From: a virus | Virus record (IMG/VR): IMGVR_UViG_3300022699_000293 | Span: 23,131 to 87,130 of that record | DNA length: 64,000 nucleotides | Reading direction: 5' to 3' (one strand) | In this document: positions 1-10,633 of the stretch, piece after piece | Layout: each line of letters starts with the position of its first letter | Numbering within the stretch: position 1 is the stretch's first letter | The notes under the pieces: generated by a model | What the model saw: only the letters and a program-made list of their open reading frames with translations | What the model was told of the DNA's origin: nothing | Databases searched by the model: none | Program-made: the position numbers and the translations under genes

Positions 1-63
1 CTAACTTTGACGGCGAAATAGTCATTGTTTTGTCCTTAGTAATTACGCTGTTTACCTTAAAGT

Positions 64-101
64 GAAAAAAATGAGAGAGAGCTATAAGCTAACTCTCTCT
101 C
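64..101 (-). terminator. Intrinsic terminator for the 123..1214 gene
   Basis: tgagagagag...ctctctctca inverted repeat preceded by an A7 run (U-tract on minus strand). Confidence 0.7.
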
Positions 102-122
102 ACGTATACTTACAATTGCGCT

Positions 123-1214
123 CTAAATGTTATCATCTTCCGAGTCAAATTCATCGTAAACATCTTGGGCTTTTTCTGAATTTGTAGAAGAAGAATCTTC
201 GTCCAGAGTATCTATGTCCACTTCAGCAGCACTATTGTAGATACTTGCTAAACCTGGCAGAATGAAATCGTGTTCTACAGTTGAGCAAAGAGCTGCACAA
301 AACTCGTTCAATTCTGGGGACATTGTTTCATCTTCATGTGCGTCAATACGCATAACGTGCCATTTAATACTAGCCCCGCCTCCACCTTGACGTTCGGCAG
401 AAGTAATACGGAAAAATCTCCTCCAAGGAACCAAGTCTTTCGCGACTAATTTTGATAACTGTCGTCCAGCTGCCTCGGATGTACGAGAAAAACGAACTAA
501 AACTAAGTCATCCAAATCCGGAGGAAGCATGAAAACAACGACATCATCATTGCAACGAGTTTTTTCTCCTTTATTCCAAGGACGTTCCGGACATGTTGCG
601 CAGGTGCCGTATTTCGAACCTACCTGACGATCCATTGAGGAGCAAAGAGGAGCACCTCTAGCCTCGTCAGCACCAGGCCACATAGTTCTTCCTTGCCAAA
701 GAGCAACTACGGCTCCTACAAATGCAGAACCAACATTACGTTTGGTTGTAAAGTAGAAATCACCAACACGGCAATTATCGGGACGATTTGGATCTGACCC
801 GGTACCTTGGTAAAGTCTTAGTTCTGTAAACTGGGGTCGATTGTCTGCTAGATACAGACCTGGCCGTTCTGTGTCCATCTTTTTAATCAGATTTACAACT
901 TTTTCATAATGCTCTTCCGACAAACCTTCTACTATGGTTGCAAAATTAGTTGTGGTAGGGCGTTCTATACGTTCGAGACGACTACCATACCGTTCCAGAA
1001 AAGCCGGATGTTTTGAATTTTTAGCGATATCCGCCAAAATTGGGGATTTGATTTTAGCCAAGTCTAGAGACGCATCAGTTACGTTTGCTAGTGTTGTTTC
1101 ATTTTTTGATGATTCTTTTTCTAAAGAGTTTTCTTCTTCTTTTTCTTCTGGTTGGTTTTCTAAATTTTCTGTAGTTTGTTTAGAAGTTTGTTTGTTTTTC
1201 TTTTTCGATGCCAT
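123..1214 (-). CDS. Putative ssDNA-binding/recombination protein with Cys cluster and acidic C-terminal tail
   Basis: 363 aa; SD aaggagg; C..CxxC..C cluster (PLCSS..GTCATC..TRC); very acidic C-terminus typical of phage SSBs. Confidence 0.5.
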   Translation of the reverse strand: MASKKKNKQTSKQTTENLENQPEEKEEENSLEKESSKNETTLANVTDASLDLAKIKSPILADIAKNSKHPAFLERYGSRLERIERPTTTNFATIVEGLSEEHYEKVVNLIKKMDTERPGLYLADNRPQFTELRLYQGTGSDPNRPDNCRVGDFYFTTKRNVGSAFVGAVVALWQGRTMWPGADEARGAPLCSSMDRQVGSKYGTCATCPERPWNKGEKTRCNDDVVVFMLPPDLDDLVLVRFSRTSEAAGRQLSKLVAKDLVPWRRFFRITSAERQGGGGASIKWHVMRIDAHEDETMSPELNEFCAALCSTVEHDFILPGLASIYNSAAEVDIDTLDEDSSSTNSEKAQDVYDEFDSEDDNI

Positions 1215-1330
1215 GTGCGGTCCTCCTTGGTATTGACATAGTTCTCAATGTACTCAATATGTGTGGACAAGTCAAACTAATTCTGATAAATTTTTTCACA
1301 GGTAATGACACAAAATAAGGATTTTATTCA

Positions 1331-2359
1331 ATGGAAAATGAAGATACTTTTACAGATAGAGTTTTACAAAATTACTACAAAGATTTAAGCAGGAATTCAA
1401 TTTTATCTTCTGAGGAAGAACGGAATTTACTTCAACGCTACAACTTTTGTAGCAAATGTAAAACTCGGATTCCAAATCGTGTACAGCGTAAATATTGTAT
1501 CGAGTGTGGTACGCCCATACTTAATGTAGTAGAACACCACACAACCATCTGCAAGGTATGTCGTGCTAAATTTGATACCTTCTATACTCCTTCTTATTGT
1601 ATTCAATGTGGCCAACCTCGAGATCTAGCTGCTCGCGACGAATTAATTAAAGGTAATTTACGTTTTGTAGTCAAGATGGCTAAATCTATTACAAAAGATC
1701 CTTACCGTATTAAACAATTAACTTCTGCTGGAAATCTTGGTTTAATGACAGCTATAGATAAATTCGATGTTGAACAACCTACACGATTTCTAACATACGC
1801 GGCCCATTGGATACGTAAAGAAATGTTTGAAGAAATTCAAAATAGTGATTTAGTTCACATACCTTCGCACAAACAAAAAACACAGCGTAAAATTGCCAAA
1901 CATGGAATTTACGAGTGTGTACATTGTGGCCTTCAGATTGAAGAGAAACATCCTACTAAAAAATTACCTCCCTGTGTTGAGGAAAAACATGAATTTATCG
2001 AAACCAAAGAGACAGAAAATTTAAATACTGTAGTACCTTTAGAACCTAAGTTAACTTCTGTATTACCTGTCGAAGATCAAACTGAAGAAACTATAGTAGA
2101 CGTGTCTGCAGCAAATTTGTTAAGAAAAGTATTAAGCAAAGTTAAAGCTAGAGCACGAGATAAATTTATATTATTACAATATTATAACGTTCCAGAAGAG
2201 TCCCGACGCACTTCTTCTAAAAGTCTACATCAGCTTGCAATTTTAGCAGATATCACGCCTGAGCGTGTACGCCAGATTAAACAACGTCTTTTAAAAGAAG
2301 TGCGTGGGGAATTATGTCGGATGGCTATCACAGATATGGATGATATTTACGGTATATAA
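1331..2359 (+). CDS. Sigma-70-family RNA polymerase sigma factor with zinc-ribbon insertions
   Basis: Region 1.2 (YYKDL..ILSSEEE), region 2 (ARDELIKGNLRFVVKMAK..GNLGLMTAIDKFD..RFLTYAAHWIR), region 4 (ITPERVRQIK); five CxxC pairs inserted. Confidence 0.9.
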   Translation: MENEDTFTDRVLQNYYKDLSRNSILSSEEERNLLQRYNFCSKCKTRIPNRVQRKYCIECGTPILNVVEHHTTICKVCRAKFDTFYTPSYCIQCGQPRDLAARDELIKGNLRFVVKMAKSITKDPYRIKQLTSAGNLGLMTAIDKFDVEQPTRFLTYAAHWIRKEMFEEIQNSDLVHIPSHKQKTQRKIAKHGIYECVHCGLQIEEKHPTKKLPPCVEEKHEFIETKETENLNTVVPLEPKLTSVLPVEDQTEETIVDVSAANLLRKVLSKVKARARDKFILLQYYNVPEESRRTSSKSLHQLAILADITPERVRQIKQRLLKEVRGELCRMAITDMDDIYGI

Positions 2360-2361
2360 GA

Positions 2362-3516
2362 CTACTCACGGAGCCCCGCGCAACGTTCGATTCCTCTTAA
2401 TTCACCTTTAAGAGCAATCTTAGTTTTGTCTGATGTCGCGCGGGATAAACGTTCCGCTACCCCTGCTAAGTATCCTTTTAGCTCTGTCTTGGATGCTGGT
2501 TTAATTTTAGCATCATCATACGCAACAGGAACACTTTTCTCAGGACGTCCACGTTTCTTAGTACCCTTAGAAGGTGTGTCTGTTTTACTGGATTTGGAAG
2601 ATGTTTTCTTCGTTGTATCCTTTCTGTCAGAGCTGTCTTTTTCTTTGGCTTTTCTTTTAGCTTCTTTTTCTCGTTGTTTTTCTTCGTAACGATCAAGATA
2701 TGTTATAGTTTTATCGTCCGCAGTTTGTGCATCTAATCCTTTATCGATCATTTGGTCAAATAGCTTATAAAAGAAGGCAGAATGTTCTTCAGCGTTTACT
2801 TTGCAAAGAACACGAGCTTGGGACATTGTAATTTGAGCTTTTTCAATAGCTTTTTGAACAGTGGTGTCTAAGTGTAGTAAAGCTAAATGTTGGGATACGT
2901 GTCCTTGCGACTTACCGTAAATTTGTGCGATGTCCCGATTGGAAATTCCATTTTCGCGGACTTCTTCGTACATTCGAGCCATTTCCATAGGGTTGTGAGC
3001 TTCCCTAACAATATTAGCTACACCGCTGCGCACGTAAGATTGTGTGTCGTCTCCTTCTGCAAGGGTGATGTGAGCTTGTTTAACTCCCAACTCTTGAAGT
3101 GCCATGTAACGACGACGCCCGTCAATTAAAATGTATTTATCTTTTGCGGTTGGATGCTTTCTTACAACCAGAGCTACAATTTGTCCAACAGCTTTAATGG
3201 AAGTTACCAGAGAAGCTAAATTTCCAGGAGATTTGCGATTCCATTTTTCAGGCAATACGATTTGAGACAGGTTAACAACGTAGTTAGATTCTTTCTCATT
3301 CAAAGGATCGGGGAATTGCAAATCTGCTTTTTTCTTAGGTGCCTCTTTTTTGTTAGAAGTTTGTTTCTTTTTAGTCTTAGGCGCTGCTGTCTTCTTAGTG
3401 TTTTTCTTTTTTGTCGTTTTCTCAGTTTTGGTTTTTTGTTCTGATTTACTCTTACTCATTGGAGGTACCTCCTCTTGATTGACTGGTGCTTGATTGCTAT
3501 TTTTCGTTGCTTTCAT
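2362..3516 (-). CDS. ParB/Spo0J-like protein
   Basis: ParB-N motif LIDGRRRY, ANIVREAHNPME, HTH (NRDIAQIYGKSQGHVSQHLALL); Lys-rich termini. Confidence 0.85.
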   Translation of the reverse strand: MKATKNSNQAPVNQEEVPPMSKSKSEQKTKTEKTTKKKNTKKTAAPKTKKKQTSNKKEAPKKKADLQFPDPLNEKESNYVVNLSQIVLPEKWNRKSPGNLASLVTSIKAVGQIVALVVRKHPTAKDKYILIDGRRRYMALQELGVKQAHITLAEGDDTQSYVRSGVANIVREAHNPMEMARMYEEVRENGISNRDIAQIYGKSQGHVSQHLALLHLDTTVQKAIEKAQITMSQARVLCKVNAEEHSAFFYKLFDQMIDKGLDAQTADDKTITYLDRYEEKQREKEAKRKAKEKDSSDRKDTTKKTSSKSSKTDTPSKGTKKRGRPEKSVPVAYDDAKIKPASKTELKGYLAGVAERLSRATSDKTKIALKGELRGIERCAGLRE

Positions 3517-3546
3517 TTTTGTTTTAGATCCTTTTTTTGAAAAGAA

Positions 3547-3843
3547 TTAATCGAAGTATTCTAATTCTTCTAGCAATGCTTGTTTCTGTATATTGTTAAG
3601 ATTTAATTCTTCAGGAGCGTGGCCTTCTAAGATTTCTCCGAGAACATGGAAAAGTTCAGTTGATTGTAAGATTAAACTATCCTCGTGGTTATAAACAATA
3701 AAATAAAGAGCTCGTATAATCCGCAATTTTTCTTCGGGAGACGTTTTGTCTAAGACTCGAAAGGTTGACTTCCGCATTGAGGACAAATTAGAACGCCTCC
3801 GGTTTTGTTTAGATTTTTTAATTTTTTTCCGCACGTGGGGCAC
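3547..3843 (-). CDS. Hypothetical protein
   Basis: 98-aa ORF within the minus-strand operon. Confidence 0.5.
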   Translation of the reverse strand: MPHVRKKIKKSKQNRRRSNLSSMRKSTFRVLDKTSPEEKLRIIRALYFIVYNHEDSLILQSTELFHVLGEILEGHAPEELNLNNIQKQALLEELEYFD

Positions 3844-3919
3844 TTCAATTCATCCGTTTTTTGCGCAGTTTTAGTTTTTTTTGTTTGACTCGAAACTTCA
3901 TCTACTCCGTATTTTTCCA

Positions 3920-4282
3920 TTAGTCTTCAGATTCTTGCTTTGTAGTTTTTTTACGAGATACCCGGTGAATATCGTCTATTAAAGTATGCACGCGATTAAG
4001 GCAACCACTACGATTTCGTTTCTTAGTTTCGTCAGGCCCACAGAGAGTTGCCAAAGCTTTCACTTCCAAATAACCGTTACCTTGAGCGTCTTCCTTTCGT
4101 GTTAAGGTAATTGCTTCGGGTAAAGGATCCTCAAAACTTTCTACAAGTTCTTTTATTTCTTCCACAATTCTTTTGACTGCATCCTCTTCTTCAATTTTTT
4201 GACGCATAAGTGCCGCGTCAGCAGGGATGGTTACGGTTTTTCCACAACGACTACAAACTTCATTCAATTCCATGGCGATCAC
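3920..4282 (-). CDS. Hypothetical Zn-binding protein
   Basis: CSRC plus two later Cys; overlaps the upstream stop. Confidence 0.6.
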   Translation of the reverse strand: MIAMELNEVCSRCGKTVTIPADAALMRQKIEEEDAVKRIVEEIKELVESFEDPLPEAITLTRKEDAQGNGYLEVKALATLCGPDETKKRNRSGCLNRVHTLIDDIHRVSRKKTTKQESED

Positions 4283-5499
4283 TCCTTTTCAAAAGTTGCT
4301 AAAGCCTCACATGTGTTGGGTCCGGGTATTCCATCAATTTTCAAAGTGTGTGCATCATCTGGTTGCTTCATGTTATACATTGTTTGAAATTTAGCAACAA
4401 TTTTTTTAGTTTCTGGTCCGAAACTATCATCCACGTTGACCGAGTATCCGTGCTGATTTAAGTAACGCTGTACTTCGGAGATACCAAGTATTTTTTGTTG
4501 TTCTTCGTTACTATCTTTATCATGTGTAGGAGCATCAGAGCTATGCCCGTATTCGGGACTATCCGCCAGATACTGGGTTTCTAGATTCAACGTTTCTGCC
4601 TCAATATCAGTTAATACACCATCTTCCAAAGCTAAGTCATATTTGGAAAGTAATGAATATTGTTCTGGAGGAATAACATCGAACGCCGCATCGTTAACAT
4701 CTTTGAAAGGCCATAAAGGTCCCATATCTAACTTATATTTGCTCCATTCTTGATGTTGGCTAAAACGTTCTCTTGGTAATTTACCAGGTAAAGCAGCTAA
4801 AATAATGCGTTTGAGTAAAATATTGAGACGTATTTGACTCGCTGTAAAGGGTTGTAAAACATCAGCATTTCTAAACTTATGCGGTAATCTCACAGGGGGC
4901 AAAGAGTCAACTAATTTAGAAGGCAAGGGTGCTGTATACTTGCGGGGCCAGTAACACCATTTTCCTCCGTGTTGCTTTAGCTTCCCTGCATTGACCATTT
5001 CGATACTAATAGAATCCTTGTTTCTAGCAGGTAAATGCCAAGCCCCATGAGACAATGGGATGATATAAAAAGGATATCCTTGATATCCTAAAACAAAATG
5101 TGTAGAAGCCCCATGGTAGCGAAGTCGTCCTTTACGTTTAGATTTTTTAGAACTGAACCAACTTAAGGTAGACCATTTAGATATACCTGCGGTGTAATGG
5201 TCAATCCACCACAAATATGCGTCATTCTCTAATCTATTTTTTGAAAATTGCTGTGTAGGGTAGTACTTTGCTAAAGCTGCTGAATACTCTTTAATACGTC
5301 GATGACTGTCGATGAATAGCGCATCTAATCCTTGTATTGCTTCAAAAGAATTTAATCGTTGGTCAGCAGCTTTAGAAAAAATTTCGCGAACTGTTTGACG
5401 TGCTTGTTCTGCTTGTGAATCGACTAATTTCCAAAAATCTTTTTTTGTGTATTGCGTAGTAAAATCGGTTATTGAAATGTCCGTTTTGTTATGTATCAT
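4279..5499 (-). CDS. Endolysin: N-acetylmuramoyl-L-alanine amidase plus C-terminal peptidoglycan-binding domain
   Basis: Amidase_2-type motifs IDHYTA, ASTHFV, AWH, SISIEMVN, QH..K.DMG; PG-binding motifs VQRYLN..VDDSFGPET..FQ..IDGIPGPNT; ATGA overlap places the start at 5499. Confidence 0.85.
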   Translation of the reverse strand: MIHNKTDISITDFTTQYTKKDFWKLVDSQAEQARQTVREIFSKAADQRLNSFEAIQGLDALFIDSHRRIKEYSAALAKYYPTQQFSKNRLENDAYLWWIDHYTAGISKWSTLSWFSSKKSKRKGRLRYHGASTHFVLGYQGYPFYIIPLSHGAWHLPARNKDSISIEMVNAGKLKQHGGKWCYWPRKYTAPLPSKLVDSLPPVRLPHKFRNADVLQPFTASQIRLNILLKRIILAALPGKLPRERFSQHQEWSKYKLDMGPLWPFKDVNDAAFDVIPPEQYSLLSKYDLALEDGVLTDIEAETLNLETQYLADSPEYGHSSDAPTHDKDSNEEQQKILGISEVQRYLNQHGYSVNVDDSFGPETKKIVAKFQTMYNMKQPDDAHTLKIDGIPGPNTCEALATFEKE

Positions 5500-6353
5500 T
5501 TTGGCCCTCGACACCTTTCATAGTACCCACAAAATTTAGAATCGCAACACCAATCTGTCGGATGGCAACGAGGAAATATTCCCCGTTTGATTAAATCTGC
5601 AGTTTCTTCGAAATCTTCAATTAAAAGTTTTGCATCTTGAGGAGTTCGCGTAGACCGTTCTTGGGTATATTTTGGCCCCGTTTTTTGGTTAAGTAGAAAG
5701 TCAACACGTACGCGGGGTAGTCCTTTTACATGAGCATACAAAGTTAACTGCGTGTCTTTACGCAATTTCTTGGGTGCCCATTTACGTCCTGTAAACTTTA
5801 AATCAGAAACTATTTCTGTTACTAGCGGTCCTTCGCCAGGAACTAAAATGTCTTTATCTCGTTCTAACAATATTTCATCAACTAGGTCTATAAAACCGAT
5901 AACAGGAACATTTCCTATATTGACTGCAAAAGCTTCTTCTACTGTCTTAGGACGGATTAAAGGAACAGCTTGGGTATAGTAAACTTTGTAATGCGCAAGA
6001 ATAGCATCTTTAATTACTCCAGGCGCGACATCTTCCCAATCTACAATTTGATCTTTTCTAAGTTCAAATTCGTCAGATACTATACTTTCTCCCTGCTCTA
6101 GAGGTAAGGGTTTTCCGTAATCTAAAGTATGTTGGTGTGTCTTTTCTGCACCTACATGCAATACAGAACCTTGAGTCATTGCTATGCCTGGAGGTTGTCT
6201 GATGTTTAAAATATATCTATACATGTATTGGCGCGGACACCTTTTATACATATTATATTGCGAGTGTGAGAAATATCCTTGACCCGGAAGTTTTAAATCT
6301 TTAAAATTTTCAGGAACTTTAATTTTTTTCCCATGAACATCGATTTCTGTCAT
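5496..6353 (-). CDS. PD-(D/E)XK exonuclease (RecB/Cas4-like)
   Basis: SHSQ..CPRQY, GSVLH, GFIDL, DLKF, QLTLY and C-terminal C..CC..C..C. Confidence 0.85.
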   Translation of the reverse strand: MTEIDVHGKKIKVPENFKDLKLPGQGYFSHSQYNMYKRCPRQYMYRYILNIRQPPGIAMTQGSVLHVGAEKTHQHTLDYGKPLPLEQGESIVSDEFELRKDQIVDWEDVAPGVIKDAILAHYKVYYTQAVPLIRPKTVEEAFAVNIGNVPVIGFIDLVDEILLERDKDILVPGEGPLVTEIVSDLKFTGRKWAPKKLRKDTQLTLYAHVKGLPRVRVDFLLNQKTGPKYTQERSTRTPQDAKLLIEDFEETADLIKRGIFPRCHPTDWCCDSKFCGYYERCRGPK

Positions 6354-6730
6354 AATTGTTCCTTCCCGTTTCGTGTAGGGGGTGGAGAAGCAGTAAATCG
6401 ATTAGACGTTTGTGATGCTTTTTGTGACGGAATGGGGGAAGCATCTTGCATGAGTTCTTCATTTTGGCGTTGTAATTCTTCCATAGTTAGCGGAGAATCA
6501 TCAGTACTTGGGAGAGATTCTGATTCGTCCTCAGCTTGCATAGTTTTCTTTGTTGCTTTTTCAGAATTTAAAATTTCTGTTTCCTTAGTTCCGACAAATT
6601 CATGTTTTCTTAAATATTGGGCTGCGTCCTCAATAATTGCTGAAATTTTATTATTGTCTATAACGCGTATTCTCACTTTTTGTGCACCCTCAAAAATTCC
6701 TAACGTGTCTGCGATTAGTATGCGAATATC
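6350..6730 (-). CDS. Hypothetical protein
   Basis: ORF track gives 6350..6754 (134 aa), tightly packed in the operon; exact start uncertain. Confidence 0.5.
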   Translation of the reverse strand, partial: DIRILIADTLGIFEGAQKVRIRVIDNNKISAIIEDAAQYLRKHEFVGTKETEILNSEKATKKTMQAEDESESLPSTDDSPLTMEELQRQNEELMQDASPIPSQKASQTSNRFTASPPPTRNGKEQL

Positions 6731-6753
6731 CTCTTCGGATAAGATGATATCCA

Positions 6754-8820
6754 TTACGCATCCTCCTTTGTATCTTCTTGCAGTTCAATGATTCCCGCAC
6801 GTGTAGGTTGTTTTATTACATTTTTTTGTAAAATGCAATCATCACTCCAAGGTTCTATACCTTCTTTTAAACATTTAGAATATCGTGAACAAATTAAACA
6901 ATTGATATGTTGCGTTAGAGTGGATGCTATATCTTTTTTGGATCGCAAAGCACTTAATTGTTGTATTTCAACAGTGTGCCTCCCGCATAAGATATACACT
7001 ACGGTTTTTTCTTCCTGACCAATTCTATAATTACGATTTTGTGATTGTAACCAATTTTCTAATGACCAGTTACGTGAGTAGTAAATAGTATACTTAGCTG
7101 CTGTAAGAGTAATTGAAATACCTACAGATACTTGACCCAAAAATATGCGGCAACTTGGATCTGTTTGAAACGTTGATTCCATTAGATACATTTGACTTGT
7201 ATTTGTACCGTCAGCACGAACATACTTTAATTTTTTAGCTTGTAGTATTTTTTCTATATCGTCTAATTCAGCTATAAAATTAGCCCAAATAATAACTTTA
7301 TTGTTAGGGGCGTTAAGGAGATTGTCTAAAAATTCATTCAGGAATTCTAATTTAGGGTTAGGGGAATAGCGAACAATTTCTCTAGATTGTTGGGTTAGTT
7401 GTGTTTTATTGTACACACATTTAGATGATCCTGGTTGGGTACCTCGAGCTATGCATTGACGTAGATACGGACAATCATCACAAATGTCTGTAAGCTTATG
7501 AGTATCATAGTAAAAACCGCTACAAATCTGGAGAAGTTTAGACAAACAAATTGCATTATTTTGGATTTCTAAAGGATCGTGCAAATAACGAGTAATTGAC
7601 ATATCTGTTATAGCTTCGTTATAATCTTTACGCTGTTTTTGTGTCAAATCAAAATATAGAGGAACAAAAGTACGCTCAGGTAAGTCAACACAATCAGCCA
7701 ATTTTTTTTGGTCAGAAACCCAAGACACTAATCGGTTTAATTCATCTAGCTTCTTATACCCGACAACTATGGGTTTATTTTGATGTGCGTAAGCTATATG
7801 CTTACGACAAAATTTATCATATTGTGTAGGAAGTATATACGGAGCTAAAAACTTTAATTGAGGGTAAAGATCACGAGGATCTCCTAAACTTAGAGTACCG
7901 CTAAGTAAGTATCGACGAGAAAATTTAGCGGCAAGCCGCATACAAACCTTAGTTCGTTGACTTTCAATTGTTTTTATACGGTGGGACTCATCGGCTACTA
8001 TAATAGAAAATTCAGTTAACTGTGAAATCCATTGATATGAATCTCTTGTTAAATCTTTTACTTCTTCTTTAATGTCTTTAACTTCACGTCCTTTAATCCA
8101 ATCATCCATTAATTGCGTTTGTTTCTTAGGATCATTAACCATACGCAGTGCACGAGTTAGGGAAATAGGTTCTTCACGTTGCTTCTTTTCTAGTACCAAT
8201 TTTCGAGCTTGTCCAAAAACTGTAGGTATACCGTAACGACGTGCAGTATCATAAGATACTATTAGAAAATCTTTTTGAGCACAATTATTGAGTATTTTCA
8301 ATTTACGTTTGCGTGTTCCTGTCATGCCTACAGCTGAAAGAGTGCTATCAGTATGCTTTTCAACTTCTTTTAACCAGGTACCGATAGCTACAGGAGGACA
8401 AAGAACAAGAACTTTTTTACGGAGTAAATAAGCTAAATCGATTACAGGTTTAGTTTTTCCCGTACCCATTTCCCACTGCAAGATATACCTATAATTACAC
8501 AGAAGTCTACCTAACCCTTCAGACTGATGCTGATAACTTTTGTAAGAACCTGGCAATGTTACGTTTCGAGCATAGTCAAACCATTCTTCTTCCGTGTGTT
8601 GGTTATCTAAATAATTTTGAGCTTCTGGGGAAAAGTCCAAATGTTTGTAGACTTCTTCCAAATCGTGTAGTACTCTATCTAAAAATGGAGGAAATGCTGG
8701 GTAGCGCCAAAATTCTTTAGATTTATCCAAGGATGCTCCAAAAATTTTACTACCCAATGTTTTAGGATTTTTTGTTATGAATACAGGAAGTTTGTTGATA
8801 TATTCTAATTCAATTTTCAT
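6754..8820 (-). CDS. SNF2-family (SF2) helicase/ATPase
   Basis: EMGTGKT, DESH, LSGT and QSQNRNYRIGQ motifs; Cys-rich insertions; likely start ATG 8820. Confidence 0.9.
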   Translation of the reverse strand: MKIELEYINKLPVFITKNPKTLGSKIFGASLDKSKEFWRYPAFPPFLDRVLHDLEEVYKHLDFSPEAQNYLDNQHTEEEWFDYARNVTLPGSYKSYQHQSEGLGRLLCNYRYILQWEMGTGKTKPVIDLAYLLRKKVLVLCPPVAIGTWLKEVEKHTDSTLSAVGMTGTRKRKLKILNNCAQKDFLIVSYDTARRYGIPTVFGQARKLVLEKKQREEPISLTRALRMVNDPKKQTQLMDDWIKGREVKDIKEEVKDLTRDSYQWISQLTEFSIIVADESHRIKTIESQRTKVCMRLAAKFSRRYLLSGTLSLGDPRDLYPQLKFLAPYILPTQYDKFCRKHIAYAHQNKPIVVGYKKLDELNRLVSWVSDQKKLADCVDLPERTFVPLYFDLTQKQRKDYNEAITDMSITRYLHDPLEIQNNAICLSKLLQICSGFYYDTHKLTDICDDCPYLRQCIARGTQPGSSKCVYNKTQLTQQSREIVRYSPNPKLEFLNEFLDNLLNAPNNKVIIWANFIAELDDIEKILQAKKLKYVRADGTNTSQMYLMESTFQTDPSCRIFLGQVSVGISITLTAAKYTIYYSRNWSLENWLQSQNRNYRIGQEEKTVVYILCGRHTVEIQQLSALRSKKDIASTLTQHINCLICSRYSKCLKEGIEPWSDDCILQKNVIKQPTRAGIIELQEDTKEDA

Positions 8821-8873
8821 GAAATTTACCTTACACTTTGTTGAAGGTTGGATGGTTACAGGAGAGTAAGTAC

Positions 8874-10613
8874 ATGGCAAACGAATTTAATACTAGCGAT
8901 CCCTACTTGTTTACAGGTCGTCGCAATGTAGCGCCACATAGTAATCCTTATCACAGCTATACACAAGTTTTTAGTCCAAGACGTTTAAAAGACTTGTTTA
9001 AATGGTGTGAGTTTTTATTTGCTAATTCTGCCCATATCTATGCTGCTTTGCGGAAATTTGGGGAATACCCTATTACTGAAATTTTATACGAAACAAATAA
9101 TGAAACACTTAAAACCAAACATAAAAATATTTTAGAAAAAATTATACACATTCGTGAATTGCTTATTGAAATGACCTTAGATAAATACGTGTATGGGAAT
9201 GCTTTTCTTTCCATGTACCAACCATTTATCCGCTTTTTAAAATGTACTAAATGTCAAACATTGACGAACATTCAAAATGTTAAATATGAGTATAATTACC
9301 AAGCAATGAAGTTCACGTATGAGTGTCCTGCGTGTCATAAAAAAGTCGTTGCTACAGAAAAACATATTATAGATCGAAAAGTTTCGGTTAGTCGCAAAAT
9401 TAATTTTATTCGATGGGATCCTAAAAAAATAGATATCGACCATAACCCCCTAACAGGAGCTTCAGTTTATTATTACAATATTCCAGAATCTGTAAAAGAA
9501 AGCGTAAAAAAAGGACATAAGTTTTTAATAGACAGTATGCCTTTAGGCTTTTTGAAAGCAATAAAAGAAAAACAACAATTCAGATTTGCTCCTGGATATA
9601 TTTTTCATATGAAGATAGGAGGTCCCGCAGGTATTAATCCGCAATGGGGACTGCCTCCGTTACTTTCGACATTACAATTGTTCCATTATACCGCTATTTT
9701 AAGAAAAGCTAACGAAGCTATTTCTCTGGATTATTTAACTCCTCTTCGTATTGTCCACCCAGCACCGCAAAGTGGTAACGCAGATCCTGTCACTACAATT
9801 AGTTTACAAGAGTGGCAACAAAACTTAAAAGGAAATATAAAGGATTGGAGACAAGATCCTTTACATATGATGTTTGCACCTGTTCCTGTAGGAATGACGC
9901 AAGTAGGGGGACAAGGACGAGCATTATTAACTTTAGGAGAAGTGCAAGAAGCGGAAAAAAATATTGTAGCCGCTTTAGGAATTCCTCTAGAATTTCTTTA
10001 CGGAGGCTTAACGCGAAGTGGTATGGAAGCTACTTTAAGATTAATAGAGAATCAATTAGAGACACACATTAGTGATTTGAATGACTGCATACAATGGATA
10101 TCTGATAATTGTGCTAAGTTTTTGGGTTATGATAAAGTTTCTATGGAATTAGCCCCGTTCCGGATGATCGACGACCAAACACAAAAGAATATTTCGTTAC
10201 AATTATACCAAGCAGGACACCAACTAGGTCGGAAAATAATTTCGGAAAAAACCATAGCAGAACAGAACAACTTGGATTTAGACAAAGAAGAAGATCGCAT
10301 CAAACAAGAAGAGCTGGATGCTGTGCGGCGTGATGCAGAATTGCAAATCGAGATAAGTAAGCTACAAAACAACATGGCAAATCGAATTAGGCAAGAAACC
10401 CAACAAAGCGAAATGGCTATGGGTGGTGGTGGTGCTCCTACAGGTTATAACCAACAACAAGTAATTGCACAAGCTGATCAACTTGTAGCACAATGGGCAC
10501 AAATGGAAGAAGGGAGACGTAAAAGTATGATGGATTCTTTAATGAAAGAAGACTTCGTGTTGTACTCTGTAGCTATGCAACGTTGGGAAGACTTTGAACA
10601 ACAACAACAATAA
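8874..10613 (+). CDS. Probable portal protein with zinc-ribbon insertion
   Basis: YVYGNAF, WGLPPL and IVAALGIPLEFL motifs; position at the start of the structural region; SD aggag; CTKC..CPAC insert. Confidence 0.7.
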   Translation: MANEFNTSDPYLFTGRRNVAPHSNPYHSYTQVFSPRRLKDLFKWCEFLFANSAHIYAALRKFGEYPITEILYETNNETLKTKHKNILEKIIHIRELLIEMTLDKYVYGNAFLSMYQPFIRFLKCTKCQTLTNIQNVKYEYNYQAMKFTYECPACHKKVVATEKHIIDRKVSVSRKINFIRWDPKKIDIDHNPLTGASVYYYNIPESVKESVKKGHKFLIDSMPLGFLKAIKEKQQFRFAPGYIFHMKIGGPAGINPQWGLPPLLSTLQLFHYTAILRKANEAISLDYLTPLRIVHPAPQSGNADPVTTISLQEWQQNLKGNIKDWRQDPLHMMFAPVPVGMTQVGGQGRALLTLGEVQEAEKNIVAALGIPLEFLYGGLTRSGMEATLRLIENQLETHISDLNDCIQWISDNCAKFLGYDKVSMELAPFRMIDDQTQKNISLQLYQAGHQLGRKIISEKTIAEQNNLDLDKEEDRIKQEELDAVRRDAELQIEISKLQNNMANRIRQETQQSEMAMGGGGAPTGYNQQQVIAQADQLVAQWAQMEEGRRKSMMDSLMKEDFVLYSVAMQRWEDFEQQQQ

Positions 10614-10633
10614 TAAAGTTAAAAGGCAAGTAC

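Noticed and set aside
5496-6353. Cas4-like nuclease as evidence of CRISPR-Cas
   Set aside because: No other cas genes or array; solo Cas4/RecB-like nucleases are common in phages
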